A DNA stretch of 61,751 bases, filler included. It is 6 parts of 6 records of this genome, joined end to end, with 100 filler letters (N's around TTAATTAATTAA, not from the genome) between each part and the next. Parts side by side here need not be neighbours in the genome. Positions count along the whole stretch, not along the records: positions 34,425 to 42,542 come from DRR723986_7492; positions 42,643 to 54,613 come from DRR723986_7496; 4 more parts are not named here. One strand, written 5' to 3'. This document shows positions 40,947 through 50,588 of the stretch, piece by piece. The position numbers and the translations under genes are program-made. The notes beneath the pieces are model-generated. The model did not search any database. It was not told the DNA's origin and was given only the letters and a program-made list of their open reading frames with translations. How positions within the stretch are numbered: position 1 is the first letter of the stretch; every line of letters starts with the position of its first letter.

Positions 40947-41483
40947 TCAGACTGCACCGGTATATTCGCCGCGAGCCGGATAGTCGTTCTTCTGAACGAA
41001 ATCGAGTGCACCGACCATTTCCTGGAAGTGCGGACGCACGAAAGGCATGGTCTGGACGGAGGCGAAATAGAGTGTGCCGTCCGGTCTGACAAGAAAGACA
41101 CCCGGCTCGGAAAACAGCGCAGGCTCCTCGATGCCGATCGAGGTGGTGCCGCGGCTGGTTGAAACATAAAGTCCCCATTCCCTCGCAACACTCAGCGGCA
41201 GGCCGTAGCCAAAGCGCAGATCCGCGTGGCCGACCTTTTCCGCCATTTTTTCCGTACGGTCCTTGTCGTCCGACGAAATAGCGATCGTCTTGACGCCCTT
41301 GGCCGCGAAGTCGGCGGTCAGACGGCCGAGTTCCTTAAGGTAAGTGGCGCAGATCGGACAATGAAGGCCGCGGTAGAACACTACAAGCGTTGCAAAGTCG
41401 GCGTTATCCTTGGACAGATCAAAGGTACCGGAGCTCAGGGTTTCGACCGTGAGGCCAGGTACCGGTTGGCGTGGAACGAGCAT
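40947..41483 (-). CDS. AhpC/TSA peroxiredoxin-like protein
   Basis: FYRGLHCPIC (CxxC), EPGVFLVRPDG. Confidence 0.88.
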   Translation of the reverse strand: MLVPRQPVPGLTVETLSSGTFDLSKDNADFATLVVFYRGLHCPICATYLKELGRLTADFAAKGVKTIAISSDDKDRTEKMAEKVGHADLRFGYGLPLSVAREWGLYVSTSRGTTSIGIEEPALFSEPGVFLVRPDGTLYFASVQTMPFVRPHFQEMVGALDFVQKNDYPARGEYTGAV

Positions 41484-41590
41484 GTTTTCCTCATTTGGCT
41501 AGGCAAGGCTTCACTTTTCCCTGCGGATGGCTGTAAGGTAGTGAACGCAAGCGCTATAAACATTCAAAAAATATGCTCAGGAGTACGGAA

Positions 41591-42391
41591 ATGTCGGTCC
41601 CATATCGCACGTCCTTTAATGGAAGGCTGGACCGGCTGTCTTCGCTCATCGACCGGCTCCGCGTTCAGGTGGACATTTCACTGGCAGCGGACGGGAGCGA
41701 AAGCGATGCCAACCTGAGGGTCTATGACAGTCCTGAGAGAGGGCTGAGACTGGTTTTCTGCCCGGAGCGGGACGGATCTGCCGTGCGTTCCGGCATGGAA
41801 GCAGCCCCCGACGAAACGTCGCTTGTCGCTGCCCGGATCACGATATCAGGTGTCGGCAGGCAGCTGGTCAGTGCCTTGCCGGACTGCATTTCCGTGCCGA
41901 TGTCGGAAGATCCATATCTCACCGCTGTCGTGACGCCGCTGATCGAGGAGGCGACTATGCCCAGGTGCGGTGGGCAGGCTGCCTTCCAGCGTTTATGCGA
42001 AGTGGTGGTGATCCGTCTGCTGCGTCATGCCATGGAAGAAGGCAAGGCCGATACCGGCCTCCTGAACGGTCTTGCAAACCCGCGGATCGCAGCCGCTCTG
42101 GTGGCAATCCACGAGGTGCCCGGAGAACACTGGACGCTGGAAAAGCTGGCCGAGACCGCCGGCATGTCGCGCACCCAGTTCGCGGTGACGTTCAAGGAAC
42201 TCGTCGGGACGACACCCATGGGTTATCTCTCGAACTGGCGGTTGGATATTGCCCGCTCGGAGCTGGAAACCGGCAGGCAGGTCAAGGCCGTCGCGAGCCT
42301 CTGCGGCTTCGCAAGTCCGGCGGCCTTTTCCAGGGCCTTCTCCCGCCGTTTCGGCTATTCCCCCAAACAAAAGCGCAGCCAGGCGGCCTGA
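41591..42391 (+). CDS. AraC-family regulator (RclR-like cupin + HTH)
   Basis: WTLEKLAETAGMSRTQFA...GFASPAAFSRAF; Cys-containing N-terminal domain; divergent from peroxiredoxin. Confidence 0.88.
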   Translation: MSVPYRTSFNGRLDRLSSLIDRLRVQVDISLAADGSESDANLRVYDSPERGLRLVFCPERDGSAVRSGMEAAPDETSLVAARITISGVGRQLVSALPDCISVPMSEDPYLTAVVTPLIEEATMPRCGGQAAFQRLCEVVVIRLLRHAMEEGKADTGLLNGLANPRIAAALVAIHEVPGEHWTLEKLAETAGMSRTQFAVTFKELVGTTPMGYLSNWRLDIARSELETGRQVKAVASLCGFASPAAFSRAFSRRFGYSPKQKRSQAA

Positions 42392-42430
42392 ACCGTCTGT
42401 TCGCTGTGCCTAGCTAGTCCCTGGTTTTTG

Positions 42431-42542
42431 TCATCCCGGTTTGGCGCAAAGCGCCAAGACCGGGATCCAGTAGTCGCGGGAGCTGGCAGGATAATGCGAT
42501 GTGACCGAGGCAGCCGGTTACTGGATCCCCGCCTGCGCGGGG
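42431..42542. repeat. REP/dRS3-like palindromic intergenic element at contig end
   Basis: TCATCCCGG-TTTGGCGC-aaa-GCGCCAAGA-CCGGGATCCAGTA ... TACTGGATCCCCGCCTGCGCGGG; nested inverted repeats. Confidence 0.7.
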
Positions 42543-42642
42543 NNNNNNNNNNNNNNNNNNNNNNNNNNNNNNNNNNNNNNNNNNNNTTAATTAATTAANN
42601 NNNNNNNNNNNNNNNNNNNNNNNNNNNNNNNNNNNNNNNNNN
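42543..42642. other. Artificial contig spacer
   Basis: N-run, TTAATTAATTAA, N-run. Confidence 0.99.
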
Positions 42643-42807
42643 TTCAAAGGGCGACATCGTGCCGGGATCGACATTCAGGTAGGGATCAAGTTTGCGCAGC
42701 CGGACCGAAAATCCCCGCGCTTGCAACAGCGCCCCCAAAGCCGCCGATGCCAAACCTTTGCCAAGGCTGGAAACCACACCGCCGGTGATGAAGATATATC
42801 GCGCCAT
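42643..42807 (-). CDS. pyrG: CTP synthase, 5' fragment
   Basis: [18 protein letters not shown]...[17 protein letters not shown]. Confidence 0.96.
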
Positions 42808-42985
42808 ATGTCCTGAGACCCCCGTGAATTCGTATTTGTGTTTGACCAAAAACACCAAACTGCGCTGCGAAATAACGCAGCACCACGGGATTTAAGCCTA
42901 ACAGGATTCGGATGCTCAAGGCAAGGCCAAGCCGCAACATGATGTTGCGAAAAACGGCATTGCCTCAATGTTTAGTGTTTTTTGT

Positions 42986-43345
42986 TCAGTCCGCCGCTGG
43001 CACCAAAGGTGCGTTGTCTTCGGCGGTTGGTGGCAGCAGGCTGTCACCGGCGGGCAGGCCCGTTTCGGTGTCGGTCACAGCTGGCGGCGTTGCGCTCAGA
43101 CGGTCCAGAACCGATGCACCGGAGGATTTTTGCGCCACGATCACGGTCAAAGAAATCGAAGTGACGATGAAACCTGCGCCCAAAAGCCAGGTCAGTTTGC
43201 CAAGCGCGGTGGCCGCCGCCCGGCCAGATACCGCGCCGCCGCCGCCACCCATGCCAAGACCGCCCCCTTCGGAGCGTTGCAGCAACACAACAGCAATCAG
43301 GCCAAAGGCCAAAAGCAGGTGAACGATCAGAACGACATTTTCCAT
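42986..43345 (-). CDS. secG: Preprotein translocase subunit SecG
   Basis: MENVVLIVHLLLAFGLIAVVLLQRSEGGGLG; upstream of pyrG. Confidence 0.93.
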   Translation of the reverse strand: MENVVLIVHLLLAFGLIAVVLLQRSEGGGLGMGGGGGAVSGRAAATALGKLTWLLGAGFIVTSISLTVIVAQKSSGASVLDRLSATPPAVTDTETGLPAGDSLLPPTAEDNAPLVPAAD

Positions 43346-43471
43346 GGAGACGGGCGCTTTCGAATTTCGTTTGCGGGTATCTAGGCGTCTTTGCGGCGCG
43401 GGGCAAGTCGGGATCGGCTTTGTGCGCCATTCTTTGCGGTCAATCTGCGGGGGTGTCGCGCCTGTGCCGCA

Positions 43472-43575
43472 CAACAAAGACCGCCGCATGGGGGCGGCGG
43501 TCTGTTGAAGCGGTGCTCTACCACGCCTTGTTAGAAGGGTTATCCTGGAATTGAGGTGGATCAGACTCGCTTCGT
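43472..43575 (-). ncRNA. Candidate ~100-nt small RNA
   Basis: TGG-TATGCT extended -10 (43582-43590, minus strand) and intrinsic terminator AGACCGCCGC/GCGGCGGTCT-TTGTT with no CDS between them. Confidence 0.4.
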
Positions 43576-43684
43576 AGGACAAGCATACCACAAAAATAGG
43601 CTGATTTCGCGGGTTGAATTGTAAACGGGTTAAAATGCGTCGCCGGTCATGGACAAGGCCATTGTGCTGTTGCAGTCTCGCGCC

Positions 43685-44299
43685 ATGCCTCATGATCATT
43701 CTCACGACGACCCGCATGCGCTTTTGCCGTCCGATCCTGCCCTCAGGGTCAAGGCATTGGAAACCCTTCTGACCCGCAAGGGATTGATTGATCCCGCCGC
43801 GCTGGATGAAATCATCGACACCTATGAAAACCGCATTGGCCCGCGCAATGGTGCCCGCGTGGTAGCCCGTGCCTGGCTTGATCCGGCGTTCCGTGCCGCC
43901 CTTTTGGAGGATGCAACTGCGGTGGTTTCGGATCTTGGGTTCTACGGGCGGCAGGGTGAACATATGGTCGCGGTGGAAAACACCGAGGCGCAGCATAACA
44001 TGGTCGTTTGCACCCTGTGCAGTTGCTATCCTTGGCCGCTTTTGGGCATTCCGCCGGGGTGGTACAAATCAGATGCCTACCGCGCCCGCGTGGTGCGCGA
44101 GCCGCGCAAGGTTTTGGCGGAATTTGGTGTGGCATTGCCCGAAGAGACCGCGGTGCGCGTCTGGGATTCCACCGCCGAGGTCCGTTATCTGGTGATCCCG
44201 CAACGGCCCGCAGGCACGAAAGGCATGGACGAAGAGGCGCTGATGACCCTGATCAGCCGCGACAGCATGATCGGCACAGCATTGGCGAGCGCCCCGTGA
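43685..44299 (+). CDS. nthA: Cobalt-type nitrile hydratase alpha subunit
   Basis: VCTLCSCYP metal motif (Thr/Tyr indicates Co type); His-rich N-terminus. Confidence 0.95.
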   Translation: MPHDHSHDDPHALLPSDPALRVKALETLLTRKGLIDPAALDEIIDTYENRIGPRNGARVVARAWLDPAFRAALLEDATAVVSDLGFYGRQGEHMVAVENTEAQHNMVVCTLCSCYPWPLLGIPPGWYKSDAYRARVVREPRKVLAEFGVALPEETAVRVWDSTAEVRYLVIPQRPAGTKGMDEEALMTLISRDSMIGTALASAP

Positions 44300-44973
44300 C
44301 CCGCGTGCATGACATGGGCGGGCGCTACGGTGATGGCACCATCACTCCAGAGCCGGAAGACGAAGTGTTCCACACCGATTGGCATGCGCGGGCGTTGGCC
44401 GTGACCTTGGCCGCCGGATCGCTTGGCAAATGGAACATCGACGTTTCCCGCCACGCGCGGGAATGTCTGGCCCCGACCGACTATGCGCGGTTCTCTTACT
44501 ATGAGAAATGGATTTCGGGTCTGGCCAACCTTCTGGTCGAAACCGGCGTTGTGACCCGCGAAGAGTTGTCCGGACAAGCCGATCCCGCGCCCAGCCCACT
44601 GGCCGACAAGAAACTGACCGCCGATCAGGTGGCGGGGGTTCTGGCCAAGGGCGGCCCTGCCGATCGTCCCAGCAACACCGCGCCGCAGTTCGCAGTGGGC
44701 GACGTGGTTGTCACACGCAAGATCGCCGCCAATAGGCTGGTCGATGGGGGGCATACGCGCCTGCCAGTCTATGCCGCAGGGGCGCGCGGCCGGGTGTTGC
44801 GCCTGCATGGCACGCATGTGTTGCCGGACAGTTCGGCACACCGGCTGGGCGATGCGGCAGAGCCGCTTTATGCGGTGGTCTTTCCTGCGTCCGAGCTGTG
44901 GTCGCACCCCGAGCATCCACACGATGAGGTGGTTCTGGACCTGTGGCAAAGCTATCTGGAGCCGGAGGCATGA
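44296..44973 (+). CDS. nthB: Nitrile hydratase beta subunit
   Basis: GTG start; [26 protein letters not shown]. Confidence 0.94.
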   Translation: MTRVHDMGGRYGDGTITPEPEDEVFHTDWHARALAVTLAAGSLGKWNIDVSRHARECLAPTDYARFSYYEKWISGLANLLVETGVVTREELSGQADPAPSPLADKKLTADQVAGVLAKGGPADRPSNTAPQFAVGDVVVTRKIAANRLVDGGHTRLPVYAAGARGRVLRLHGTHVLPDSSAHRLGDAAEPLYAVVFPASELWSHPEHPHDEVVLDLWQSYLEPEA

Positions 44974-45284
44974 GCGTGCCTGAACCGGCCTTTGAAGCGC
45001 CTTGGCATGCGCAGGTCTTTGCTCTGACCGTACATTTGAATGAGGCGGGGCATTTCGCCTGGGCCGATTGGGCGGAACGCTTTGGCGCAACGCTGGCGCG
45101 GCATGGCTTGGACAAAGAGCTGAACGGCGGTGAGGATTACTTTACCGCTTGGCTGGAAACACTTGAGGGCTATCTGGCCGAGATCGGTATGGCCGCCCCC
45201 GCCGATGTGGCCGACCTGCGCAATGCGTGGGAGGCGGCCTATCTGTCAACGCCGCACGGGTCGCCGGTGCATCTGGCCGATTGA
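44970..45284 (+). CDS. Nitrile hydratase accessory/activator protein
   Basis: FEAPWHAQVFAL...W..LE...TPHG; ATGA-coupled to nthB. Confidence 0.88.
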   Translation: MSVPEPAFEAPWHAQVFALTVHLNEAGHFAWADWAERFGATLARHGLDKELNGGEDYFTAWLETLEGYLAEIGMAAPADVADLRNAWEAAYLSTPHGSPVHLAD

Positions 45285-45301
45285 CCACCAGATCCAATGC
45301 T

Positions 45302-45514
45302 TCAATCTCGGCTGTACAGGCCCGCTTTACGCAGAAACCGCCGCCATGCGCCTTTTTGGGGGAGCAAGCTGCCGATCCGCTTGGACGAACCGGCCAGACG
45401 GTTGAATTCATGCACGTCGATGATCCGCTCGGCGCAGCCGCAGCCCTCACCGGTAGCAACCTGTTTGTAATAGAACTTTTCAAAGCTCTCACTTGTCCGG
45501 GCCGTCTTGCGCAT
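45302..45514 (-). CDS. Small hypothetical protein (70 aa)
   Basis: GAGGAA RBS then MRKTARTSESFEKFYY...; starts 11 nt after the upstream stop. Confidence 0.5.
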   Translation of the reverse strand: MRKTARTSESFEKFYYKQVATGEGCGCAERIIDVHEFNRLAGSSKRIGSLLPQKGAWRRFLRKAGLYSRD

Positions 45515-45525
45515 AGCCGTTCCTC

Positions 45526-45921
45526 TCAGTTGTCCACATCGTCCATATCGGCCTGTCCAGACAGGTTGCGCCGCACATGGCTCCAACTCAGGCCGATGCC
45601 CAAAACAAGGCTGAGTGCGGCCAGAGCCAGCCAGACATTTGCGCTGGCATTGTCGAGGCGCAGCACCTTGAAATCATAAAGCACCCAAAGCGAGGCCGAG
45701 ACAACGGCCAGAACAAGCATCATACCAAAACCGCCGATAGATCGCAAAGTGGCCCGCAGATAGATGATATAGCCAATCATCAAAAGCAGCCCCAAAAGCA
45801 CGGCAACAGACAGGTTTTCCCGCCCGAAATCGCGCACCCAAGTGGCGTAATTATACTCGGTCGGATTAAAGGTCGCGGTGAGCAAACCAAATGCACAGAT
45901 CCAGCGCAGGACAAAGCCCAT
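45526..45921 (-). CDS. Conserved 4-TM membrane protein (DUF6524-like)
   Basis: MGFVLRW...TFNPT...LRATLRSIG...LSWSHVRR.LSGQADMDD. Confidence 0.8.
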   Translation of the reverse strand: MGFVLRWICAFGLLTATFNPTEYNYATWVRDFGRENLSVAVLLGLLLMIGYIIYLRATLRSIGGFGMMLVLAVVSASLWVLYDFKVLRLDNASANVWLALAALSLVLGIGLSWSHVRRNLSGQADMDDVDN

Positions 45922-46097
45922 TTTACGTCCCTCTTTGTTTTCCCCAAAACTACCGCCGGGGCGGTGACAAAGTCCAGTGGTGGAAAACCCGGCAAGCGGC
46001 ATTCATTTGAGGCAAAACGCAGCATGGCGGATTTTACAGTTTCACCCCCCGCCTGCTGCCGCTATACGGGCGCGGGTTGTCTAAAAGGAAGATCATC

Positions 46098-47393
46098 ATG
46101 GCCAACGTAGTTGTTGTCGGTGCCCAATGGGGTGACGAAGGAAAAGGCAAGATTGTCGATTGGCTGTCTGAACGTGCCGATGTCATCGCACGGTTTCAGG
46201 GCGGGCATAATGCGGGCCATACCTTGGTGATTGATGGCGAGGTCTACAAACTCCACGCGCTGCCATCTGGTGTGGTGCGCGGCGGCAAATTGTCGGTGAT
46301 TGGCAATGGCGTGGTGCTGGACCCTTGGCACCTGCTGAACGAGATCAAAACCATCGAAGCGCAGGGCGTAACCATTGACCCTCAAAGCCTGATGATTGCG
46401 GAAAATACGCCGCTGATCCTGCCGTTCCACGGTGAACTGGACCGCGCCCGCGAAGAGGCCTCCAGCAAGGGCACCAAGATCGGAACCACAGGTCGGGGCA
46501 TCGGTCCCTGCTATGAGGATAAGGTTGGGCGCCGCGCCATTCGCGTGGCCGATCTGGCGGATGCCGCCACGCTTGAGGCCCGCGTGGATCGCGCGTTGCA
46601 GCATCATGACCCGCTGCGCAAAGGGCTGGGGATCGCTGCCATCGACCGCGACGCTTTGATTGCGCAACTGCAAGACATTGCACCGAAAATCCTGCCTTTT
46701 GCGGCCCCGGTCTGGAAAGTGCTGGCCGAGAAACGCAAGGCGGGCAAACGGATCCTGTTCGAAGGGGCGCAGGGCGCCTTGCTGGACATTGATTTTGGCA
46801 CCTATCCTTTTGTGACGTCCTCGAATGTGATTGCAGGACAGGCCGCCACCGGCGTGGGTCTTGGCCCCACCGCAATTGATTATGTACTGGGCATCGTGAA
46901 GGCCTATACCACACGCGTGGGCGAGGGCCCGTTTCCAACCGAACTGACGGACGACGACGGTCAGCGTCTGGGCGAGCGCGGTCATGAATTCGGCACCACC
47001 ACAGGGCGTCAGCGCCGTTGTGGTTGGTTCGATGCGGCACTGCTGCGCCAGACTTGCGCCACGTCCGGCATCACCGGCATCTGCCTGACCAAGCTGGACG
47101 TGCTGGACGGGTTCGAGACCCTGAAAATCTGTGTCGGCTATGATCTGGACGGACGGCGGCTCGACTATCTGCCCACCGCCGCCGAAGAGCAGGCCCGCTG
47201 CGTGCCGATCTATGAGGAAATGCCGGGCTGGTCGCAATCCACCGAAGGGGCGCGGTCCTGGGCCGATCTTCCGGCGGAGGCGATCAAATATGTGCGCCGG
47301 GTGGAAGAGTTGATTGATTGCCCGGTCGCGCTAGTCTCCACCTCACCGGAGCGGGAAGACACGATTTTGGTCACCGATCCATTTGCAGATTGA
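46098..47393 (+). CDS. purA: Adenylosuccinate synthetase
   Basis: [43 protein letters not shown]. Confidence 0.97.
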   Translation: MANVVVVGAQWGDEGKGKIVDWLSERADVIARFQGGHNAGHTLVIDGEVYKLHALPSGVVRGGKLSVIGNGVVLDPWHLLNEIKTIEAQGVTIDPQSLMIAENTPLILPFHGELDRAREEASSKGTKIGTTGRGIGPCYEDKVGRRAIRVADLADAATLEARVDRALQHHDPLRKGLGIAAIDRDALIAQLQDIAPKILPFAAPVWKVLAEKRKAGKRILFEGAQGALLDIDFGTYPFVTSSNVIAGQAATGVGLGPTAIDYVLGIVKAYTTRVGEGPFPTELTDDDGQRLGERGHEFGTTTGRQRRCGWFDAALLRQTCATSGITGICLTKLDVLDGFETLKICVGYDLDGRRLDYLPTAAEEQARCVPIYEEMPGWSQSTEGARSWADLPAEAIKYVRRVEELIDCPVALVSTSPEREDTILVTDPFAD

Positions 47394-47418
47394 TCGCAGC
47401 GTCACGAAGGGGCGACAC

Positions 47419-47640
47419 ATGGCACTTAGCTACAAGGCACGCAGACGTTGGTCATTGGTGATCCTGCTGGTGGGTTTGCCCGTCTATATCGCTTGCGCGG
47501 TCTGGGCGGTGAACCAGTTTGAACGCCCGTCGATCCTGCTGGAGCTGGGCATCTATGTCGGGCTTGGCATTGTCTGGATTTTGCCCTTCAAGTTTGTGTT
47601 TATGGGGATCGGTCAGGCTGATCCTGATCAGGACAAATAG
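47419..47640 (+). CDS. DUF2842-like small membrane protein
   Basis: MALSYKARRRWSLVILLVGLPVY...WILP; follows purA. Confidence 0.75.
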   Translation: MALSYKARRRWSLVILLVGLPVYIACAVWAVNQFERPSILLELGIYVGLGIVWILPFKFVFMGIGQADPDQDK

Positions 47641-47662
47641 TTCTTGTTTTTTCCCGAAAACG

Positions 47663-47693
47663 AAAAAGGCGGCCACTAAGAGCCGCCTTTTTT
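47663..47693. terminator. Bidirectional intrinsic terminator
   Basis: AAAAAGGCGGC-N8-GCCGCCTTTTTT between convergent genes. Confidence 0.85.
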
Positions 47694-47711
47694 ATTTTTT
47701 CTGTCAGTGGG

Positions 47712-49757
47712 TTAGCCAGCGGCGCGTTCGCCGGGGCGATAGCCGATGTCGTCAGATACGGTGAAACGGCCACCTTTGATCTTTTCGATCTTGCCAGAGC
47801 GCAGCAGCTGCCCGAAGGAGCGCAGACCATCTTCGCGGCTGAACCCGTCTTCAGCGCTGACCTGACGCACTTTGGTCATCAGCTGTGGACGCGAGAATTG
47901 CTTGCGACCCTCAACAAAGGACATATAGGCCGCTGCCGCTTCGAGAAGTTCGGGCAGCTTGGTCGCGCCCATTTCAGCGGCATAATCGGCAAAGCTTTCA
48001 CCATCCGGCGTTTCGACAGGATCAGCCACAGCCGCGACACGGCGCGGGCGCACCGGACCTTCGGAGGCGGGGCGGGCCACATCAATACGCTGCTCTGCGA
48101 CCAGTTTCAGTGGCGCCGGGCGGTTGTCGCCGGGACGCTTGGTGCGACCTTCCGAGCTTGGCCGGCGCGGACGCACCACTTCGGCCAGATCACTGCGGTA
48201 AGCGCCGTCATCGCCGTCCTCGGTCTCTGGCTGCCCCATCGCGACATCGGCCTTTTTCGCGGCCACGGCGGCACGCAAATGGGCAAAGGCATCGCGGCGC
48301 GTTGCGCTTTCGGGTTCGTCCATCTGCTGATCGGTTTCGGCCAGCAAACGATTGACGTCAGAGCTTTGGTCATCCTCGTCAATGGATGGCAGCACGCGGC
48401 GGGCGGCGGCCGGGGCAGGTGCCGCTTCCGCAGTCTCGGGCGCGGCTGTGTCTTCTTCCAACTCCGCCTCAAGCGATGACAGTTCTGCAACCAGATCCTG
48501 CTCATCTTCCGGGGTCAGCGCAGTTTCATCGGTCTTGGATGGCGCGATCTGGTCCAGCGCCGAAACGTCTTCGTCAAGATCTTCTGCTGTTTCCTCGGTG
48601 ACTTGATCCGTGTCGTGAAGGGCGGCCTCCAGTTCGGCGCGGTTGACCTTGATCACCCGTGCGGCTGGAGCTTTTGCTTCCTCAGCGGCTTTTGCGTCAA
48701 CGTCATCAGCCAGCGCGGCCAGTGCGTCTGCCTCCGCCGGTTTGACGTCTTCTTCGTCAAAGAGGTTGCTCAGGCTTGCGGCAAGTTCGTCATCGTCGGC
48801 GTCATCTTCCGCTGTGTCTTGTGCGGTTTCCACCTCGGCTGCGTCGTCCTCAAAGCTGTCATCGTCGTCGATGTCTGTGTTGCTCAGGGCGCTGAGGATG
48901 GAATCCACCTCATCGTCGTCTTTTGCATCTGCGACAGGCTCATCGGCCTGCGCAGCATCGGCGTGTTCGTCCTCAAGGAAATCGGCTTCCTCTTCGGCAA
49001 CTTCGTTCTGTGCAACTACGGCGCGGATGCGCTGTAGTTTTGCGGCAATGCTGTCTTCTTTGGGTGTCACAGAGGCAGAGGAAATCTCTTCTGTGGGCAG
49101 TACATCAGACGCTTCTGCGTCCTCCGATACCGCCGCCGCGACCGTGGCAACCCGAGCAGAAGCCGCCACAGGGGCAGATGGGGAAAGTGTGTCTTGATCT
49201 TCGAATGTGTCGCTTGCATCCGCGTGGTCCGCATCGGCAAAGAAGGCCTCGACCTCGGCGTCCGGCTGGCCGGGCACGATGTCGGGTGTGTCCACTGCCG
49301 TGTCCTGGGCGGCGGGGGCTGGCTCTTCTGCGGCGGGTTGCACATCAGCGATGTCTGCCGGTGCGGCGGTCGAGATCACAACCGGTGCCTCGGCAACGGC
49401 AACATCCTCTTGCGGCAGTTGCACGGCAGGGGCTGCGGCAACAACAGCGGCGGCTGGGGCTGCAATCGCTGCGGCGGCGGGTGCCGGTGCATCCTCGCTT
49501 TGCTCATGGGCGCTCAGCACGATCTTGCCGTCCTGCTCGCGGGCCTCAACCCGGCGGGTCATTTCCTTTTGGGCGATCCGCGCCAGCATTTCTGCATCGG
49601 GCTGCGGCGGTTCGGCGCCAAAGTATCGGTCATCCGAAGCAAGATCGCGGAAATACTCCGCAATCGCCTTCATGGTGCCAAAAGAATCTTCGAAACCTTC
49701 CAACGTGCACGAGAAAGTGCCGTAGGAAACCGTTAGAATTTTGTTATTACTCATCAT
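47712..49757 (-). CDS. Conserved Rhodobacteraceae hypothetical protein with long acidic low-complexity linker
   Basis: Ordered N-terminus (KILTVSYGTFSCTLEGF), about 400 aa rich in A/D/E/P, ordered C-terminus (FSRPQLM...LRSFGQLLRSGKIEK). Confidence 0.82.
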   Translation of the reverse strand: MMSNNKILTVSYGTFSCTLEGFEDSFGTMKAIAEYFRDLASDDRYFGAEPPQPDAEMLARIAQKEMTRRVEAREQDGKIVLSAHEQSEDAPAPAAAAIAAPAAAVVAAAPAVQLPQEDVAVAEAPVVISTAAPADIADVQPAAEEPAPAAQDTAVDTPDIVPGQPDAEVEAFFADADHADASDTFEDQDTLSPSAPVAASARVATVAAAVSEDAEASDVLPTEEISSASVTPKEDSIAAKLQRIRAVVAQNEVAEEEADFLEDEHADAAQADEPVADAKDDDEVDSILSALSNTDIDDDDSFEDDAAEVETAQDTAEDDADDDELAASLSNLFDEEDVKPAEADALAALADDVDAKAAEEAKAPAARVIKVNRAELEAALHDTDQVTEETAEDLDEDVSALDQIAPSKTDETALTPEDEQDLVAELSSLEAELEEDTAAPETAEAAPAPAAARRVLPSIDEDDQSSDVNRLLAETDQQMDEPESATRRDAFAHLRAAVAAKKADVAMGQPETEDGDDGAYRSDLAEVVRPRRPSSEGRTKRPGDNRPAPLKLVAEQRIDVARPASEGPVRPRRVAAVADPVETPDGESFADYAAEMGATKLPELLEAAAAYMSFVEGRKQFSRPQLMTKVRQVSAEDGFSREDGLRSFGQLLRSGKIEKIKGGRFTVSDDIGYRPGERAAG

Positions 49758-49895
49758 CGGATGCTCGTCCTCTGCGGTTTTGCAGGTTACCGTTTACCAC
49801 GATATCCAAGACCAAAGCGGCCCGAATCTGTGCCAACCACCGTATCATTTCAAGGCGAGATTGTGACCAGTTTCCGAAAAGCAAGTTAATCTGCC

Positions 49896-50588
49896 ATGAT
49901 TGACCCCATTATACACAGTTCTGCCGCAATCACCCTCATAGGTGGTGGAGAGGCAACCACAGATGACCTTAATGATGTATTAAGTCTGGCACCGATTTGT
50001 GTGGCTGCGGATGGTGGTGTGGTCTTGGCCTTGCAAGCCGGTGTGATGCCCAAAGCGGTTTTGGGCGATTTTGACAGTGCGCCCGCCGCAGTACTGGACC
50101 AAATCCCGCAGTCGCGCCTGCACCGGATTGACGAACAGGACACCACAGACTTTGAAAAGGCATTGGCGCGGATTGATGCCCCTGTGATTGTTGGCGTTGG
50201 CTTCATGGGGGGGCGGATTGACCATCAGCTTGCCGCGCTGCACGGGCTGTTGGCCTTTGCTGACCGGCCTTGTGTTCTTTTGGCGGGGAATGAACTGATC
50301 TTGCTGGCACCGCCCAAGATCGCATTGCCAACACGGGCAGGAGAGGTCGTATCGCTTTTTCCGCTGGCGGGTGCGACGGGGCGGTCTACGGGTTTGCAAT
50401 GGCCCATCGAAGGGTTGAACTTTGCCTTGGGGGAAAAGATCGGCACGTCCAATGCCGCAACAGGGCCAATGTCCTTGCAGATGGAACAGCCCGGTCTGGC
50501 ACTGATCCTGCCGCGGCGGCTTTTGCCTGATGTGGTTGCGGCGCTTAGCCTGCCAGACGCCGCGCGGTGGCCTGCTCGCGGTAGATAA
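49896..50588 (+). CDS. Thiamine diphosphokinase
   Basis: AADGG, GDFDS, EQDTTDFEKAL, GGRIDH, GTSN. Confidence 0.9.
   Translation: MIDPIIHSSAAITLIGGGEATTDDLNDVLSLAPICVAADGGVVLALQAGVMPKAVLGDFDSAPAAVLDQIPQSRLHRIDEQDTTDFEKALARIDAPVIVGVGFMGGRIDHQLAALHGLLAFADRPCVLLAGNELILLAPPKIALPTRAGEVVSLFPLAGATGRSTGLQWPIEGLNFALGEKIGTSNAATGPMSLQMEQPGLALILPRRLLPDVVAALSLPDAARWPARGR

Noticed and set aside
42986..43996. 336-aa extended SecG
   Set aside because: The extension is antisense to nthA and intergenic DNA; SecG starts at 43345.
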